From: Clostridia bacterium
GTDB taxonomy: Bacteria > Bacillota > Clostridia > UMGS1883
DNA length: 64,000 nucleotides
NCBI GenBank assembly: GCA_045638945.1
Contig: JAZUCF010000024.1
Span: 25,055-89,054 of the forward strand
Reading direction: 5' to 3'
Shown here piece after piece: positions 10,051 through 19,802 of this stretch. How positions within the stretch are numbered: position 1 is the stretch's first letter; each line of letters begins with the position of its first letter. The position numbers and the translations under genes are program-made. The notes under the pieces are model-generated. The model was not told the origin of the DNA, made no database searches, and saw only the letters and a list, made by a program, of their open reading frames with translations.

Positions 10051-10748
10051 TGGGTAAGGATGTAATCGTAGCATGTGACTTTGCGTCAAAGCACGCACTT
10101 GTAGAATTTCTCGACAAGTTTTCGGGCAGAAAGCCTTTTGTAAAAATTGGTATGGAGCTTTTCTATGCGGAAGGACCCGAAATTGTAAAGGCAGTAAAGG
10201 AAAGAGGACATAAGATTTTCCTCGACCTTAAGCTTTGCGATATTCCCAACACCGTAAAAAAATCCATGAAGGTTCTCTCAAATCTTGATGTTGATATGAC
10301 AAACCTTCATGCATTCGGAACAAAGGAAATGATGAAAGCCGCAATAGAGGGCTTAACACGCGAAGACGGAACACGCCCCATTCTTATTGCTGTAACACAG
10401 CTTACTTCCACAAGCGAAGAAAGAATGAAAAACGACCTTCTTATAGATGCACCTTTGGCAGAGGTTGTTGAGCATTACGCAAAGTGTGCAGCAGAAAGCG
10501 GACTTGACGGCGTTGTATGCTCTCCTCACGAGGCATCAAGGGTTAAAGAGGTTTGCGGCAAGAACTTTGTGACAGTTACCCCCGGAATCCGCTTTGCAGA
10601 CAGTGCGGCAGACGATCAGGTAAGAATTATGACCCCTGAAAAAGCAAAGAGTGTAGGAAGTGACTATATCGTTGTAGGTAGACCCATCACAGCGGCAGAG
10701 GACCCTGTAGCCGCATATGAAAGATGCGTAAGAGAATTTGTCGACTAA
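10050..10748 (+). CDS. pyrF: Orotidine 5'-phosphate decarboxylase
   Basis: [10 protein letters not shown] motif (the catalytic DxKxxD). Confidence 0.9.
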   Translation: MGKDVIVACDFASKHALVEFLDKFSGRKPFVKIGMELFYAEGPEIVKAVKERGHKIFLDLKLCDIPNTVKKSMKVLSNLDVDMTNLHAFGTKEMMKAAIEGLTREDGTRPILIAVTQLTSTSEERMKNDLLIDAPLAEVVEHYAKCAAESGLDGVVCSPHEASRVKEVCGKNFVTVTPGIRFADSAADDQVRIMTPEKAKSVGSDYIVVGRPITAAEDPVAAYERCVREFVD

Positions 10749-10784
10749 TAGTAAGCCACAGGCTTAAAGAAAGGATAGATAAAA

Positions 10785-11417
10785 ATGAAAGAATTAATTG
10801 CAAAAGACTTACTTAAAATCAAAGCAGTATTTTTAAGCCCCGACGAGCCTTTTACATGGGCAAGCGGAATTAAAAGCCCTATTTATTGTGACAACCGTCT
10901 TACCCTTACAGCACCCGAAGTAAGAACAGACGTTGAAAAAAGCCTTGCCGAGGTTGTAAAGACACATTACCCCGAAGCACAGGTTCTTATGGGTACATCT
11001 ACAGCAGGTATTGCCCATGCGGCAATTACTGCGCATCTTCTTGATATGCCCATGGGTTATGTAAGAAGTGGCGCAAAAGACCACGGCAGACAGAATCAGA
11101 TTGAAGGAAAGCTTGAAAAGGGCGACAAGGTTGTAGTTATCGAAGACCTTATCTCCACAGGCGGAAGCGTTATCGAGGTTGTAGATGCGCTTAGAGAAGC
11201 AGGTGCAGAAGTTTTAGGCATTGCTTCAATCTTTACATACGGCATGCAGAAAGGTCTTGACAGACTCTCTGCGGCAAACGTAAAGAATATCAGCCTTACA
11301 GACTTTGACACAATTGTTGAGGTTGCGGCTAAGGAAAATTATATTAAGGCAGAGGACAAAGAGCGTCTTATCAAATTCCGCAATAACCCTTCCGATGAAA
11401 GCTGGATAAAAGCATAA
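10785..11417 (+). CDS. pyrE: Orotate phosphoribosyltransferase
   Basis: PRTase motif VVVIEDLISTGGS. Confidence 0.9.
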   Translation: MKELIAKDLLKIKAVFLSPDEPFTWASGIKSPIYCDNRLTLTAPEVRTDVEKSLAEVVKTHYPEAQVLMGTSTAGIAHAAITAHLLDMPMGYVRSGAKDHGRQNQIEGKLEKGDKVVVIEDLISTGGSVIEVVDALREAGAEVLGIASIFTYGMQKGLDRLSAANVKNISLTDFDTIVEVAAKENYIKAEDKERLIKFRNNPSDESWIKA

Positions 11418-11452
11418 AACTACAGCCTAATTTTACGGAAAGGATGATATAA

Positions 11453-12367
11453 ATGAAAGATTTAATCGACATTTTGGACCTTAGCCTCCCGGAAATAGAC
11501 AAGCTTATAGAGGTTGCAAACGACATTATCGAAAATCCCGAAAACTACAGGGAAAAGTGTAAATACAAAAAGCTTGCCACTCTTTTCTTTGAACCCTCTA
11601 CCCGTACAAGGCTCAGCTTTGAAGCGGCTATGTACGAGCTTGGAGGTAACGTTCTGGGATTTTCCGAAGCACAGTCAAGCTCTGCGGCAAAAGGGGAGAG
11701 TGTGTCCGATACTGTGCGTACTGTAGAGGCATATGCCGATATTATTGCTATGCGTCATCCTAAGGAGGGTGCTCCCACAGTTGCGGCGGAAAAGACGCAG
11801 ATTCCCATTATCAATGCAGGTGACGGCGGACATAATCATCCTACGCAGACACTTACCGACCTTCTTACAATTAAGAGGGAAGTGGGAAGGCTTGACAACC
11901 TCACAATCGGTCTTTGCGGTGACCTTAAGTTCGGTAGAACCGTTCATTCCCTCATTCAGGCAATGGTTCGTTACGATAATATCAAGTTTATTATGATTTC
12001 GCCCAAGGAGCTTAAGCTTCCTGAATATCTCATAAACGAGGTTCTTGTTAAGAAGAATATTGAATTTGTTGAAACTGAAAGCTTAGAAGAATCAATGCCG
12101 GAACTTGACATTTTGTATATGACCCGTGTACAGAGAGAACGATTCTTCAACGAAGCCGACTATGTTCGACTGAAGGACACATATATCCTTACTCCCGATA
12201 AGCTTGAACATGCAAAACCCACCATGCGAGTTCTTCATCCGCTTCCCAGAGTAAACGAAATTTCCGTTGAAGTGGATAAGGATGAGAGGGCATGCTATTT
12301 CAGGCAGGCGAAAAACGGAAAGTATATCAGAATGGCACTCATTCTGAAGCTTCTCGGAATTGAGTAA
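11453..12367 (+). CDS. pyrB: Aspartate carbamoyltransferase catalytic subunit
   Basis: STRTR carbamoyl-phosphate-binding motif and HPTQ. Confidence 0.9.
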   Translation: MKDLIDILDLSLPEIDKLIEVANDIIENPENYREKCKYKKLATLFFEPSTRTRLSFEAAMYELGGNVLGFSEAQSSSAAKGESVSDTVRTVEAYADIIAMRHPKEGAPTVAAEKTQIPIINAGDGGHNHPTQTLTDLLTIKREVGRLDNLTIGLCGDLKFGRTVHSLIQAMVRYDNIKFIMISPKELKLPEYLINEVLVKKNIEFVETESLEESMPELDILYMTRVQRERFFNEADYVRLKDTYILTPDKLEHAKPTMRVLHPLPRVNEISVEVDKDERACYFRQAKNGKYIRMALILKLLGIE

Positions 12368-12380
12368 AGGGGGCGTAGTT

Positions 12381-12800
12381 ATGCATATTGATGAAATTGT
12401 AAACGGTATTGTTATCGACCATATTGCGGCAGGAAAAAGCATGGAGATTTATAATCTTTTAAACCTTGACCAGCTTGAATGTTCTGTTGCAATTATAAAA
12501 AACGTACACAGCAAGAAAATGGGCAAAAAGGATATCATCAAAATCGATGAAGCCCTCGATGTTAATCTCGACGCATTGGGCTATATTGATAACGGTATCA
12601 CCATAAACACCATTGAAAACGGTGTTAAAACAAACAAACGCCACTGCGAGCTTCCCGAAAGGATAGTAAATGTGGTTAAATGTAAAAACCCCAGATGCAT
12701 CACATCTGTTGAGCAGGAAATTGACCACATCTTCAAGCTTACAGACCGCGAAAACAAGGTTTACAGATGTATCTATTGCGAAATGAAGGCAAAAAACTGA
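12381..12800 (+). CDS. pyrI: Aspartate carbamoyltransferase regulatory subunit
   Basis: C-terminal Zn-binding CxxC...CxxC (CKNPRC...CIYCE); ATG at 12381 after an AAAGGGGG RBS. Confidence 0.85.
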   Translation: MHIDEIVNGIVIDHIAAGKSMEIYNLLNLDQLECSVAIIKNVHSKKMGKKDIIKIDEALDVNLDALGYIDNGITINTIENGVKTNKRHCELPERIVNVVKCKNPRCITSVEQEIDHIFKLTDRENKVYRCIYCEMKAKN

Positions 12801-12815
12801 CAGGAGTGAAATGTT

Positions 12816-13778
12816 ATGGGTATGAGATTTATGAGGTTCCCCGGAGGCAGGGCAAAGGCACTGACCTTCAGCTATGATGACGGTGTGCATCCCGACAGAC
12901 GGCTTATTGAAATTTTTGATAAGCATGGAATGAAAGGTACATTCAATATTTGCAGCGGTCGTTTTGCCCCCGAAGGAACGGTGTATCCTCCCGAAGCAAT
13001 AAGCGGAGCCCTTCCGAAAAGCGAAGCATATGCACTTTATGCCAATAGTCCTCACGAGGTGGCGATTCACGGCTACACGCATCAGTATATGACAAATCTT
13101 CCCACCTCACAGATGGTGTCGGAAATTCTTGACGACAGAAAAAACTTAGAAGAAATGTTCGGCAGAAGAATCAACGGTGGTGCGTATCCCTACGGAAACT
13201 ATAATGACGATGTTGTAGAGGCACTTCGCCTTGCAGGCATTAAATATTGCAGAACGACACTTTCTACGGAGCAGTTTAATATTCCCACAGATTGGCTTAG
13301 ACTTCCTGCGACATGTCATCATAAAAATCCACGGCTTATGGAGCTGGCAGAGCAGTTTCTTGAACATAACATTGACAGACATCCGAGGCTTTTCTACGTG
13401 TGGGGACACAGCTATGAATTTAACCAAAAGCAAAACTGGAATGTGATTGAAGATTTCTGCGAAAAAATGTCCGACAATGAAGAAATCTGGTATGCTACAA
13501 ATATAGAAATATACGACTATATTGAAGCATATAACCGCCTTGAATATTATGCCGACGGCACAAAGGTATATAATCCTACTCTTTATGAGCTGTGGGTATA
13601 TCAGGACGGCGTTACATATAAAATCCCGTCGGGTGCCACAGTTGAAATTGTGGATAAGCTGATTGTAAGTGAAGACAGGAAAACTATAGAAAACCCATCC
13701 GATATGACAGTATGGTTTCACTATAATAAGAAACACCACGAAATCCCCGCAGGAAAAACAGTGCATATAGAAGAATAA
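12816..13778 (+). CDS. Polysaccharide deacetylase family protein (NodB-homology domain)
   Basis: FSYDDG...HGYTH motifs typical of carbohydrate esterase family 4. Confidence 0.6.
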   Translation: MGMRFMRFPGGRAKALTFSYDDGVHPDRRLIEIFDKHGMKGTFNICSGRFAPEGTVYPPEAISGALPKSEAYALYANSPHEVAIHGYTHQYMTNLPTSQMVSEILDDRKNLEEMFGRRINGGAYPYGNYNDDVVEALRLAGIKYCRTTLSTEQFNIPTDWLRLPATCHHKNPRLMELAEQFLEHNIDRHPRLFYVWGHSYEFNQKQNWNVIEDFCEKMSDNEEIWYATNIEIYDYIEAYNRLEYYADGTKVYNPTLYELWVYQDGVTYKIPSGATVEIVDKLIVSEDRKTIENPSDMTVWFHYNKKHHEIPAGKTVHIEE

Positions 13779-13783
13779 AATTT

Positions 13784-13816
13784 AAGGCTGAGTGATTTGT
13801 TTCGCTCAGCCTTTTA
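13784..13816 (+). terminator. Rho-independent terminator (GGCTGAG-N12-CTCAGCC + TTTT)
   Basis: Hairpin followed by a T-run after the deacetylase gene. Confidence 0.55.
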
Positions 13817-13910
13817 AAATTTGATGCGTTGAATATTGAAATGTCCGGCAAAGCTTGATATAATAAAAGTGCGGATTACCGCACTAAGATTATAAAGGAG
13901 GCGAAAGCAT

Positions 13911-16784
13911 ATGAAAAAACTTATAAGCTTGATTTTGGTATTGTGTATGGTGATGAGCTTTGAAAGCTTTGCCCTTGCCGATGAAACTGAAAAGACACAG
14001 GCATCGGCATTTACAACCGTTAAGATTCCGTTCCCCGACAGTATTGAAGACCGCAACTCGTGGATTACACATGCAAGGTATGTAGACAGCGGAGAAATCA
14101 TTCCGCTATCACTTGTATATGAGGGGAATGTGTACGCAACAGTCCCCGTGGAGAATAAGGACCGCGGAATTGAGGCTTTCGTTACCGAAGCAGTGGAATT
14201 TACCGATGTTGATGATTCGGATTTTGATTTTCATGACGTTAAAATGTTGTCACGTGTCGGTGTTGTTCGTGGAAATGACAAGGGCGAGGCAAATATTCAT
14301 GATAACGTAACCCGTGCCGAAGCGGTTGCTATGGTAATGCGTTTCATGGGGCTTGAAGGTCTGGCATGGGAATATACAGATGAAATTTCAGGTAGATATA
14401 CTCAAACCGTTACCTTTGAGGATGTTTCCAAAAAAGACTGGTTTTATTATGTGGTGAATTATGCCCGAGCCTGCGGAATTATTGAGGGCGACAGTCCGAC
14501 AGTCTTTTCTCCTTACAGAAATGTAACGAGGGAAGAAATTACGGCTATGGTTGCAAGAGCCTTGCAGTATGCAAATCTAAGGTGCTTTGTTCGTCAAAAC
14601 GAAAACTTTGCCGACAAAGAAAATATATCCGATTGGGCGAAAGAAGCGTACGATTATCTCGGATATAACTGCATAGTGGACTATCCGCAGAATACGGAAA
14701 ATATTGACTGGGATAACCCCGAACAGTTTCTATATCCGCAGAAAGCGGCTACAAGAGCAAACGTTGCATATATCTTAAATAATGTTCAGGACGAGTGCCA
14801 GATGTATGCATCGGAGCTTGCAAAGATGTTCGGCTTTGACAAAGAAATGCCCAAAATTGATGGCTCAACCTCAACATATCCTTTTACGCAGGTGGTTTAC
14901 AATACGCTTTTCCGTAACGGGCAGACACACCCCGATTATCCGCAAAAACATTCAAAGAGCCATGCTTCATATCAGCGGCTGATAAACGGAGAGGTTGATA
15001 TGCTTTTTGCCTCGGTTTATCCTGCGAGTGATATTCTGAAAATGGCAGAAGAAAAAGGCGTGGAGCTGGAGCTTATCCCAATTGCGTATGATGCGATGAT
15101 ATTCTTTACCAATAAGGATAATCCGATAACGGGGCTTACTAAGGAGCAGATAACTGATATCTATGTGAATGATGCCTATGATAACTGGTCGGAGGTAGGG
15201 GGAAGCGATGCACTTCTTTATCCTTATTGCAGAAATAACGACAGCGGCAGTCATGCACAGATGGAAAAGCATTTCCTTAAAGGAAATGAGATACATAAGG
15301 AAGTACAGAGAGAAACCTCCAGAACAATGTCGGATATTTTAACCGATGTTATAGCGGCAAAAACTGACAGTCCGTTAGGCTATGGACTTGGCTACAGCAT
15401 TTATTATTACTATCATAACGTAGATGCGGTGCTCGACACAAAGCGGCATCTAAAGCTTCTCGCAATCGATGGTGTGATGCCTACTGATGATACTATTGCA
15501 GACGACTCATATCCGCTTTCCAATAACACCTATGTAGTACTCCGAAAAGATACTCCTGCAGACGCACCTGCAAGGAAAATGGCAGAATTTATGCTCACAG
15601 AGGCAGGTCAGCAGTGCGTTGAAGGTGCAGGATTCGGACGACTTAAAAAGACTGTGAAAATTTCAGACGATATGCTCTTTGCGGATAAGATAAACGTACA
15701 GATGCCACAGGATAAAAACTACATGTTTTCCCCATTGTCGATTAAAATGGCTTTATCCCTTGCGGCAAACGGGGCATCGGGCGAAACACAGCAGCAGATA
15801 TTAAATGCGTTGGGAGTTACAAATCTTGATGAATTTAATACACTTTCAAAGGATTTGATAGAAAGATATTCCAAGGCGGATATTTTAAGCCTTAATATTG
15901 CAAATTCAATCTGGATAAACAAGGATAAAACCTCTCAGCAATTCAGCAATGATTTTAAGGGCATTGCTAAGGAGTTTTATAAGGCTGATGCAAATACAGT
16001 CGCCGATGCGTTGGCAGTAAGCGAAATCAATTCGTGGGTAAATGACAAAACGAATGGCAAAATCCCGACTATAATAGATAGCACAGACGATTTTTGGGCA
16101 ATGCTTATTAATGCCATTTACTTTAAAGGTGCATGGCTTGATGAGTTTAATGTAAATGCAACCAAGCCCGACGTATTTAATAATGCAGACGGAACAAAGA
16201 TTACAACCGATTTTATGAATACTACGGACTGGATACCCTATGCCGAAACAAAGTCGGTGCAGATGATAGAGCTTCCTTATCAAAACCGTGTGGAAAAATT
16301 CTCGGACAGCGGAGAATATCTTGATACAGAGGTTTATAAAGACCTTGATGTAAGTATGTATCTTATTATGGCAGATGGCGGCATTAATGCCCAGCAGGAA
16401 TTAACTGCTGCAATAAACGATGATGCTTTTAAGAGCACATACATCAAGCTGGCTATGCCTAAATTCAAGATTGAGTATTCTGCACAGATGAATGACATGC
16501 TTATGAATATGGGCATAACCACAGCATTTGATGAGGGAGAGGCAGACTTTACCAAGATGTTTTATAACGGAAATATGTTTTTTACCGATATGCTTCACAA
16601 AACCTTTATAAGTGTGGACGAAAAGGGAACCGAAGCAGCTGCAGTTACTTCAATCGGCATGGGAGGCTCATCACTTCCGCCCGAGCCTGTCGAGCTTAGG
16701 TTCAATAAACCGTTCTATTTTGCAATCCGTGACAACACAAGCGGCGAAACACTCTTTATGGGACGCTATGCCTTTGCAAATTAA
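13911..16784 (+). CDS. Secreted multidomain protein: signal peptide + 3 SLH domains + PstS-like periplasmic-binding domain + C-terminal serpin
   Basis: N-terminal hydrophobic leader. Three SLH-like repeats (FHDVKMLSRVGVVRG.., FEDVSKKDWFYYVVNYARACGII.., FADKENISDWAKEAYDYLG..). PBP-like-2 signature (GSTSTYP..IAYDAMIFFTNKDNPITGLTKEQITDIY..NDSGSHAQME). Serpin domain from MFSPLSIKMALSLAANGASGETQQQILNALG to the hinge/RCL EKGTEAAAVTSIGMGGSSLPPEP and FNKPFYFAIRD. Single uninterrupted reading frame. Confidence 0.7.
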   Translation: MKKLISLILVLCMVMSFESFALADETEKTQASAFTTVKIPFPDSIEDRNSWITHARYVDSGEIIPLSLVYEGNVYATVPVENKDRGIEAFVTEAVEFTDVDDSDFDFHDVKMLSRVGVVRGNDKGEANIHDNVTRAEAVAMVMRFMGLEGLAWEYTDEISGRYTQTVTFEDVSKKDWFYYVVNYARACGIIEGDSPTVFSPYRNVTREEITAMVARALQYANLRCFVRQNENFADKENISDWAKEAYDYLGYNCIVDYPQNTENIDWDNPEQFLYPQKAATRANVAYILNNVQDECQMYASELAKMFGFDKEMPKIDGSTSTYPFTQVVYNTLFRNGQTHPDYPQKHSKSHASYQRLINGEVDMLFASVYPASDILKMAEEKGVELELIPIAYDAMIFFTNKDNPITGLTKEQITDIYVNDAYDNWSEVGGSDALLYPYCRNNDSGSHAQMEKHFLKGNEIHKEVQRETSRTMSDILTDVIAAKTDSPLGYGLGYSIYYYYHNVDAVLDTKRHLKLLAIDGVMPTDDTIADDSYPLSNNTYVVLRKDTPADAPARKMAEFMLTEAGQQCVEGAGFGRLKKTVKISDDMLFADKINVQMPQDKNYMFSPLSIKMALSLAANGASGETQQQILNALGVTNLDEFNTLSKDLIERYSKADILSLNIANSIWINKDKTSQQFSNDFKGIAKEFYKADANTVADALAVSEINSWVNDKTNGKIPTIIDSTDDFWAMLINAIYFKGAWLDEFNVNATKPDVFNNADGTKITTDFMNTTDWIPYAETKSVQMIELPYQNRVEKFSDSGEYLDTEVYKDLDVSMYLIMADGGINAQQELTAAINDDAFKSTYIKLAMPKFKIEYSAQMNDMLMNMGITTAFDEGEADFTKMFYNGNMFFTDMLHKTFISVDEKGTEAAAVTSIGMGGSSLPPEPVELRFNKPFYFAIRDNTSGETLFMGRYAFAN

Positions 16785-16826
16785 TACGACTGAATATAGA
16801 AACATTATCTGAAAAATCAATGTATT

Positions 16827-16865
16827 ATTTCCTGCTCCTTTTCGGGGCAGGAAATATTTTTTTTG
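16827..16865 (+). terminator. Rho-independent terminator
   Basis: ATTTCCTGC-N12-GCAGGAAAT followed by a 9-nt T-run. Confidence 0.6.
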
Positions 16866-16873
16866 CAAAACTG

Positions 16874-16903
16874 TTGACAATCGCTTCTACACGGTGTATA
16901 ATA
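16874..16903 (+). promoter_or_regulatory. SigA-type promoter (TTGACA-18-TATAAT) with an embedded TACA-cgg-TGTA dyad (candidate BlaI/CopY-type operator)
   Basis: Consensus hexamers; the palindrome TACACGGTGTA (16888-16898) lies in the spacer overlapping -10, as in autoregulated blaI/mecI/copY promoters. Confidence 0.5.
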
Positions 16904-16937
16904 AAAACAAGATGTAGAAGCGAAGGAGGAAACTACT

Positions 16938-17306
16938 ATGAAAATATCAGAAACAGAAATGGAAATTATGAGGATAATCTGGGATAAGGGCGATAAGGTA
17001 ACTACAAGTGAGCTTGCCGAGAAAATGCCCGATAAGAAGCTTACGACTATTTCCACCCTTGCAGGAAGGCTTATTGATAAGGGCTGCCTTAAATCTGAAA
17101 AGATTGGTCGCAGTCATGTTCACGAATATGAGGCGATTATTTCCGAACAGGAATATCAGGCAATGCAAACAAAGGAATTTGTAAGGTCAATTCATCGTGG
17201 TAGTGCAAAAAGCCTTATTTCAGCACTTTTCCGTGATGAAGAATTTACCAAGGAGGATATTGATGAGCTTAGAAGGTTCATAGAAAAGCAGGGTGATGAA
17301 TTATGA
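16938..17306 (+). CDS. BlaI/MecI/CopY family transcriptional repressor
   Basis: 122 aa; winged-helix N-terminus MKISETEMEIMRIIWDKGDKVTTSEL typical of the penicillinase-repressor family. Confidence 0.8.
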   Translation: MKISETEMEIMRIIWDKGDKVTTSELAEKMPDKKLTTISTLAGRLIDKGCLKSEKIGRSHVHEYEAIISEQEYQAMQTKEFVRSIHRGSAKSLISALFRDEEFTKEDIDELRRFIEKQGDEL

Positions 17307-19717
17307 TGGAATCGGTAATTATATCAACCGTTGCAGGCTCTGTCGTTTGCAGTGCATTGCTGATATTTAAAAACAAAATATTATCGTTTTTTGGGGGTAA
17401 AGCACTATACTACATAAGCTTACTTGCAATGCTTATCTTTATTCTTCCCATAAATATCGGTGAATTATCACTTCCCAAAGCACCCATACATCAGGAAGTT
17501 AATGTAACAGAAGTAAATACAGAAGCTCCTGTTAAAAATACAGATAATGCTTTGGTGCAAACAACACAGAGGGCTCCGCAGGAGCCGCAGCATAAGGAAC
17601 TGCCAAAGCCGTCAAATATTGTAAGAAGGTCTAACCCCATTACTGTGCAGGAGATTTTAATATCGGTATGGCTTTTAGGTTTTGTTGCTTCAATATGCAG
17701 ATATTTTATATCATATTTCAGATTCAAGAAGAAAATCTGTGCTTTTGATACACACGAAAATATAAACGGTATAAAGGTAATTAAAAGCCCATTGATAACC
17801 TCTCCCATGATTTTCGGATTTTTCAGACCAACGCTTGCAATTCCCGAAATTGAAATGAACGAGGGCGATTACAACCTTGCAATTAAGCATGAAATGGTGC
17901 ATTATAAGCATCATGATTCATGGATTAAGCTTTTTGCAGTAATCGTTAATTCGATTCACTGGTTTAACCCCATTACATATTTTATGGTGAATTTAATAGG
18001 CGAGGCGTGCGAATATGCCTGTGATGAGCAAGTAACAAAGGAAATGGATTTGACAGACAAGAAGCAGTACAGCACTATGATACTCTCTATGGTATGCCAG
18101 TCTTCACCTGCTCTGTCAAGCAATATGGTTAAAAACAAAAAACAGCTTAAACGGAGGTTTGAGATGATTATGAAAAAGAAAAGCTTCAGCGTTTTTAGAA
18201 CAGCATTATGCACAGTGCTGATACTTACATTAACCTGTGGAAGTATCGTATTGGCAAATAAGGTTGCACCTTTAATTTCTTCCGCCTTGAAGGATGATTA
18301 TGTTTATATAACAACATGGGGAGATAACGGTTACGGTAAAGGCTACAATGAATTCGTCCCCGTAGAGAAGAACGGAGAATACTATCTGCCGCTGAGGGAG
18401 TTTCTGAATAAATCAGATGTTGAAAACGATAAAATCAAATATGACAATGGTGTAATCACGATTGACATCTGGACAAATGAAATGACTGTGGTTTCTGTAG
18501 CTGTTAGGCCAAGCGGCAGCGATCCCACTTTACATGAAAAAGAGAAAAGCAAGACACTCCCTGCCGAATATTCATGGTCAACAAGCTGCAAAATCGGCAG
18601 TAAAGAAGTAGAAATTGCAGGAGAAAAATACACATTATCCAATGCTCCTTATCTTGAGAACGGAATTACATATGTTCCCTACGAGTATCTGAAAAAATTA
18701 AAGCTGTACGAAAATAAGTACACAAGTGCAAATATAGCAAAGCACAGAGGAAGAACAACCTCAAAATTTGATTCAATGATGCTGTTCGGCTTTGACAGTA
18801 CAAACGCACAGTACTATACCGACTATATTCAAATGGAAAATTTGCTTGGCAGAGAGCCGTTTAATTCAGTTTCAAGCATGACATATAATGCCAACGCAAA
18901 AATATCAAAAACAGGCTACCGCACCGAATTTGAAGCTTCATATGATTATTTTGAACTGAATGATGTCGAAAAAGAAGGGCATGTGAAAATAAAGCTGAAC
19001 AAGGTAACCCGTATTTATAGCAAAGGCAGTGACATAGAGGGCTTGTTTACTGTAGTAATTGACGGCAAAACTGTTTACGATAACAAAAAAGGCAATATTA
19101 TACAGCTTCCCATTCCGGCAGGTGACGGAGTGCTGGATTTTTCAAATACCAAGGTCAAAATCGGTGACTTGAATATTGATATGTTCTTTACCGGCTTCAA
19201 TACTGTATCTGACGAATATGATGAAAGAGCAAGGGAAGTAGGCAAAATGAGTGAGCTTCCCGATACTGTCAAAAAATTTATCGTTCCGTCTGCCGTTAAG
19301 CTAAACGGCAAACAGGTTAGCCGTGGTAACAAGACACAAAGCAATTTCTGGTATAACAAGGAAAAGAAGCTTATTGATGTAAACATACAGTTTGACAACT
19401 ACAATGGCGGTAACGGTGCAGACATGGAATCTTACAGAATACACACCGAAGTAAATTCAAAAATGACGGTTATTGATGAAAATACCATCTCAGCAGAATT
19501 GTATTTTACACAGGGGAATAACAATCGTATTGACTCTTTTGATGCAATTGTTATGTTTTTACCCGACGGAGGGTTTGATCTGAAATCCACCGACGGCAAG
19601 TATATTATTATAGGAACGGCAAAGGAATTTGTTCCGCATTGGGAATGGTCGGAGGAAGAAAAGAACGCTCCTGTTCCATCGGTGTTCATGATTAAAGAGC
19701 AAAACGAAGCAGAATAA
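17303..19717 (+). CDS. BlaR1-like M56 family membrane metalloprotease/signal transducer with a large non-PBP extracellular domain
   Basis: TM segments plus HEMVHYKHHD (HExxH of peptidase M56). ~500-aa C-terminal region with copper-amine-oxidase-N-like repeats (YYLPLREFL.., ITYVPYEYLKKL) instead of a penicillin-binding sensor. Overlaps the blaI stop (ATGA). Confidence 0.7.
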   Translation: MMESVIISTVAGSVVCSALLIFKNKILSFFGGKALYYISLLAMLIFILPINIGELSLPKAPIHQEVNVTEVNTEAPVKNTDNALVQTTQRAPQEPQHKELPKPSNIVRRSNPITVQEILISVWLLGFVASICRYFISYFRFKKKICAFDTHENINGIKVIKSPLITSPMIFGFFRPTLAIPEIEMNEGDYNLAIKHEMVHYKHHDSWIKLFAVIVNSIHWFNPITYFMVNLIGEACEYACDEQVTKEMDLTDKKQYSTMILSMVCQSSPALSSNMVKNKKQLKRRFEMIMKKKSFSVFRTALCTVLILTLTCGSIVLANKVAPLISSALKDDYVYITTWGDNGYGKGYNEFVPVEKNGEYYLPLREFLNKSDVENDKIKYDNGVITIDIWTNEMTVVSVAVRPSGSDPTLHEKEKSKTLPAEYSWSTSCKIGSKEVEIAGEKYTLSNAPYLENGITYVPYEYLKKLKLYENKYTSANIAKHRGRTTSKFDSMMLFGFDSTNAQYYTDYIQMENLLGREPFNSVSSMTYNANAKISKTGYRTEFEASYDYFELNDVEKEGHVKIKLNKVTRIYSKGSDIEGLFTVVIDGKTVYDNKKGNIIQLPIPAGDGVLDFSNTKVKIGDLNIDMFFTGFNTVSDEYDERAREVGKMSELPDTVKKFIVPSAVKLNGKQVSRGNKTQSNFWYNKEKKLIDVNIQFDNYNGGNGADMESYRIHTEVNSKMTVIDENTISAELYFTQGNNNRIDSFDAIVMFLPDGGFDLKSTDGKYIIIGTAKEFVPHWEWSEEEKNAPVPSVFMIKEQNEAE

Positions 19718-19771
19718 ATTTATTGAAAAACCGTAACTCAAACAAAACACTTTTGTAAAATAATGCAATAA

Positions 19772-19796
19772 AAAAGAAGGCTATGCCTTCTTTTTT
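19772..19796. terminator. Rho-independent terminator (GAAGGC-tat-GCCTTC + T6)
   Basis: Hairpin with A-run upstream and T-run downstream, between convergent genes. Confidence 0.6.
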
Positions 19797-19802
19797 ACAG
19801 TA

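Noticed and set aside
13911-16784. Possibility that the 957-aa SLH-PBP-serpin ORF is an artefact of two fused genes
   Set aside because: I found no in-frame stop, no internal RBS/ATG with good context at the domain junctions, and no frame change. It is kept as a single gene but flagged for coverage check.
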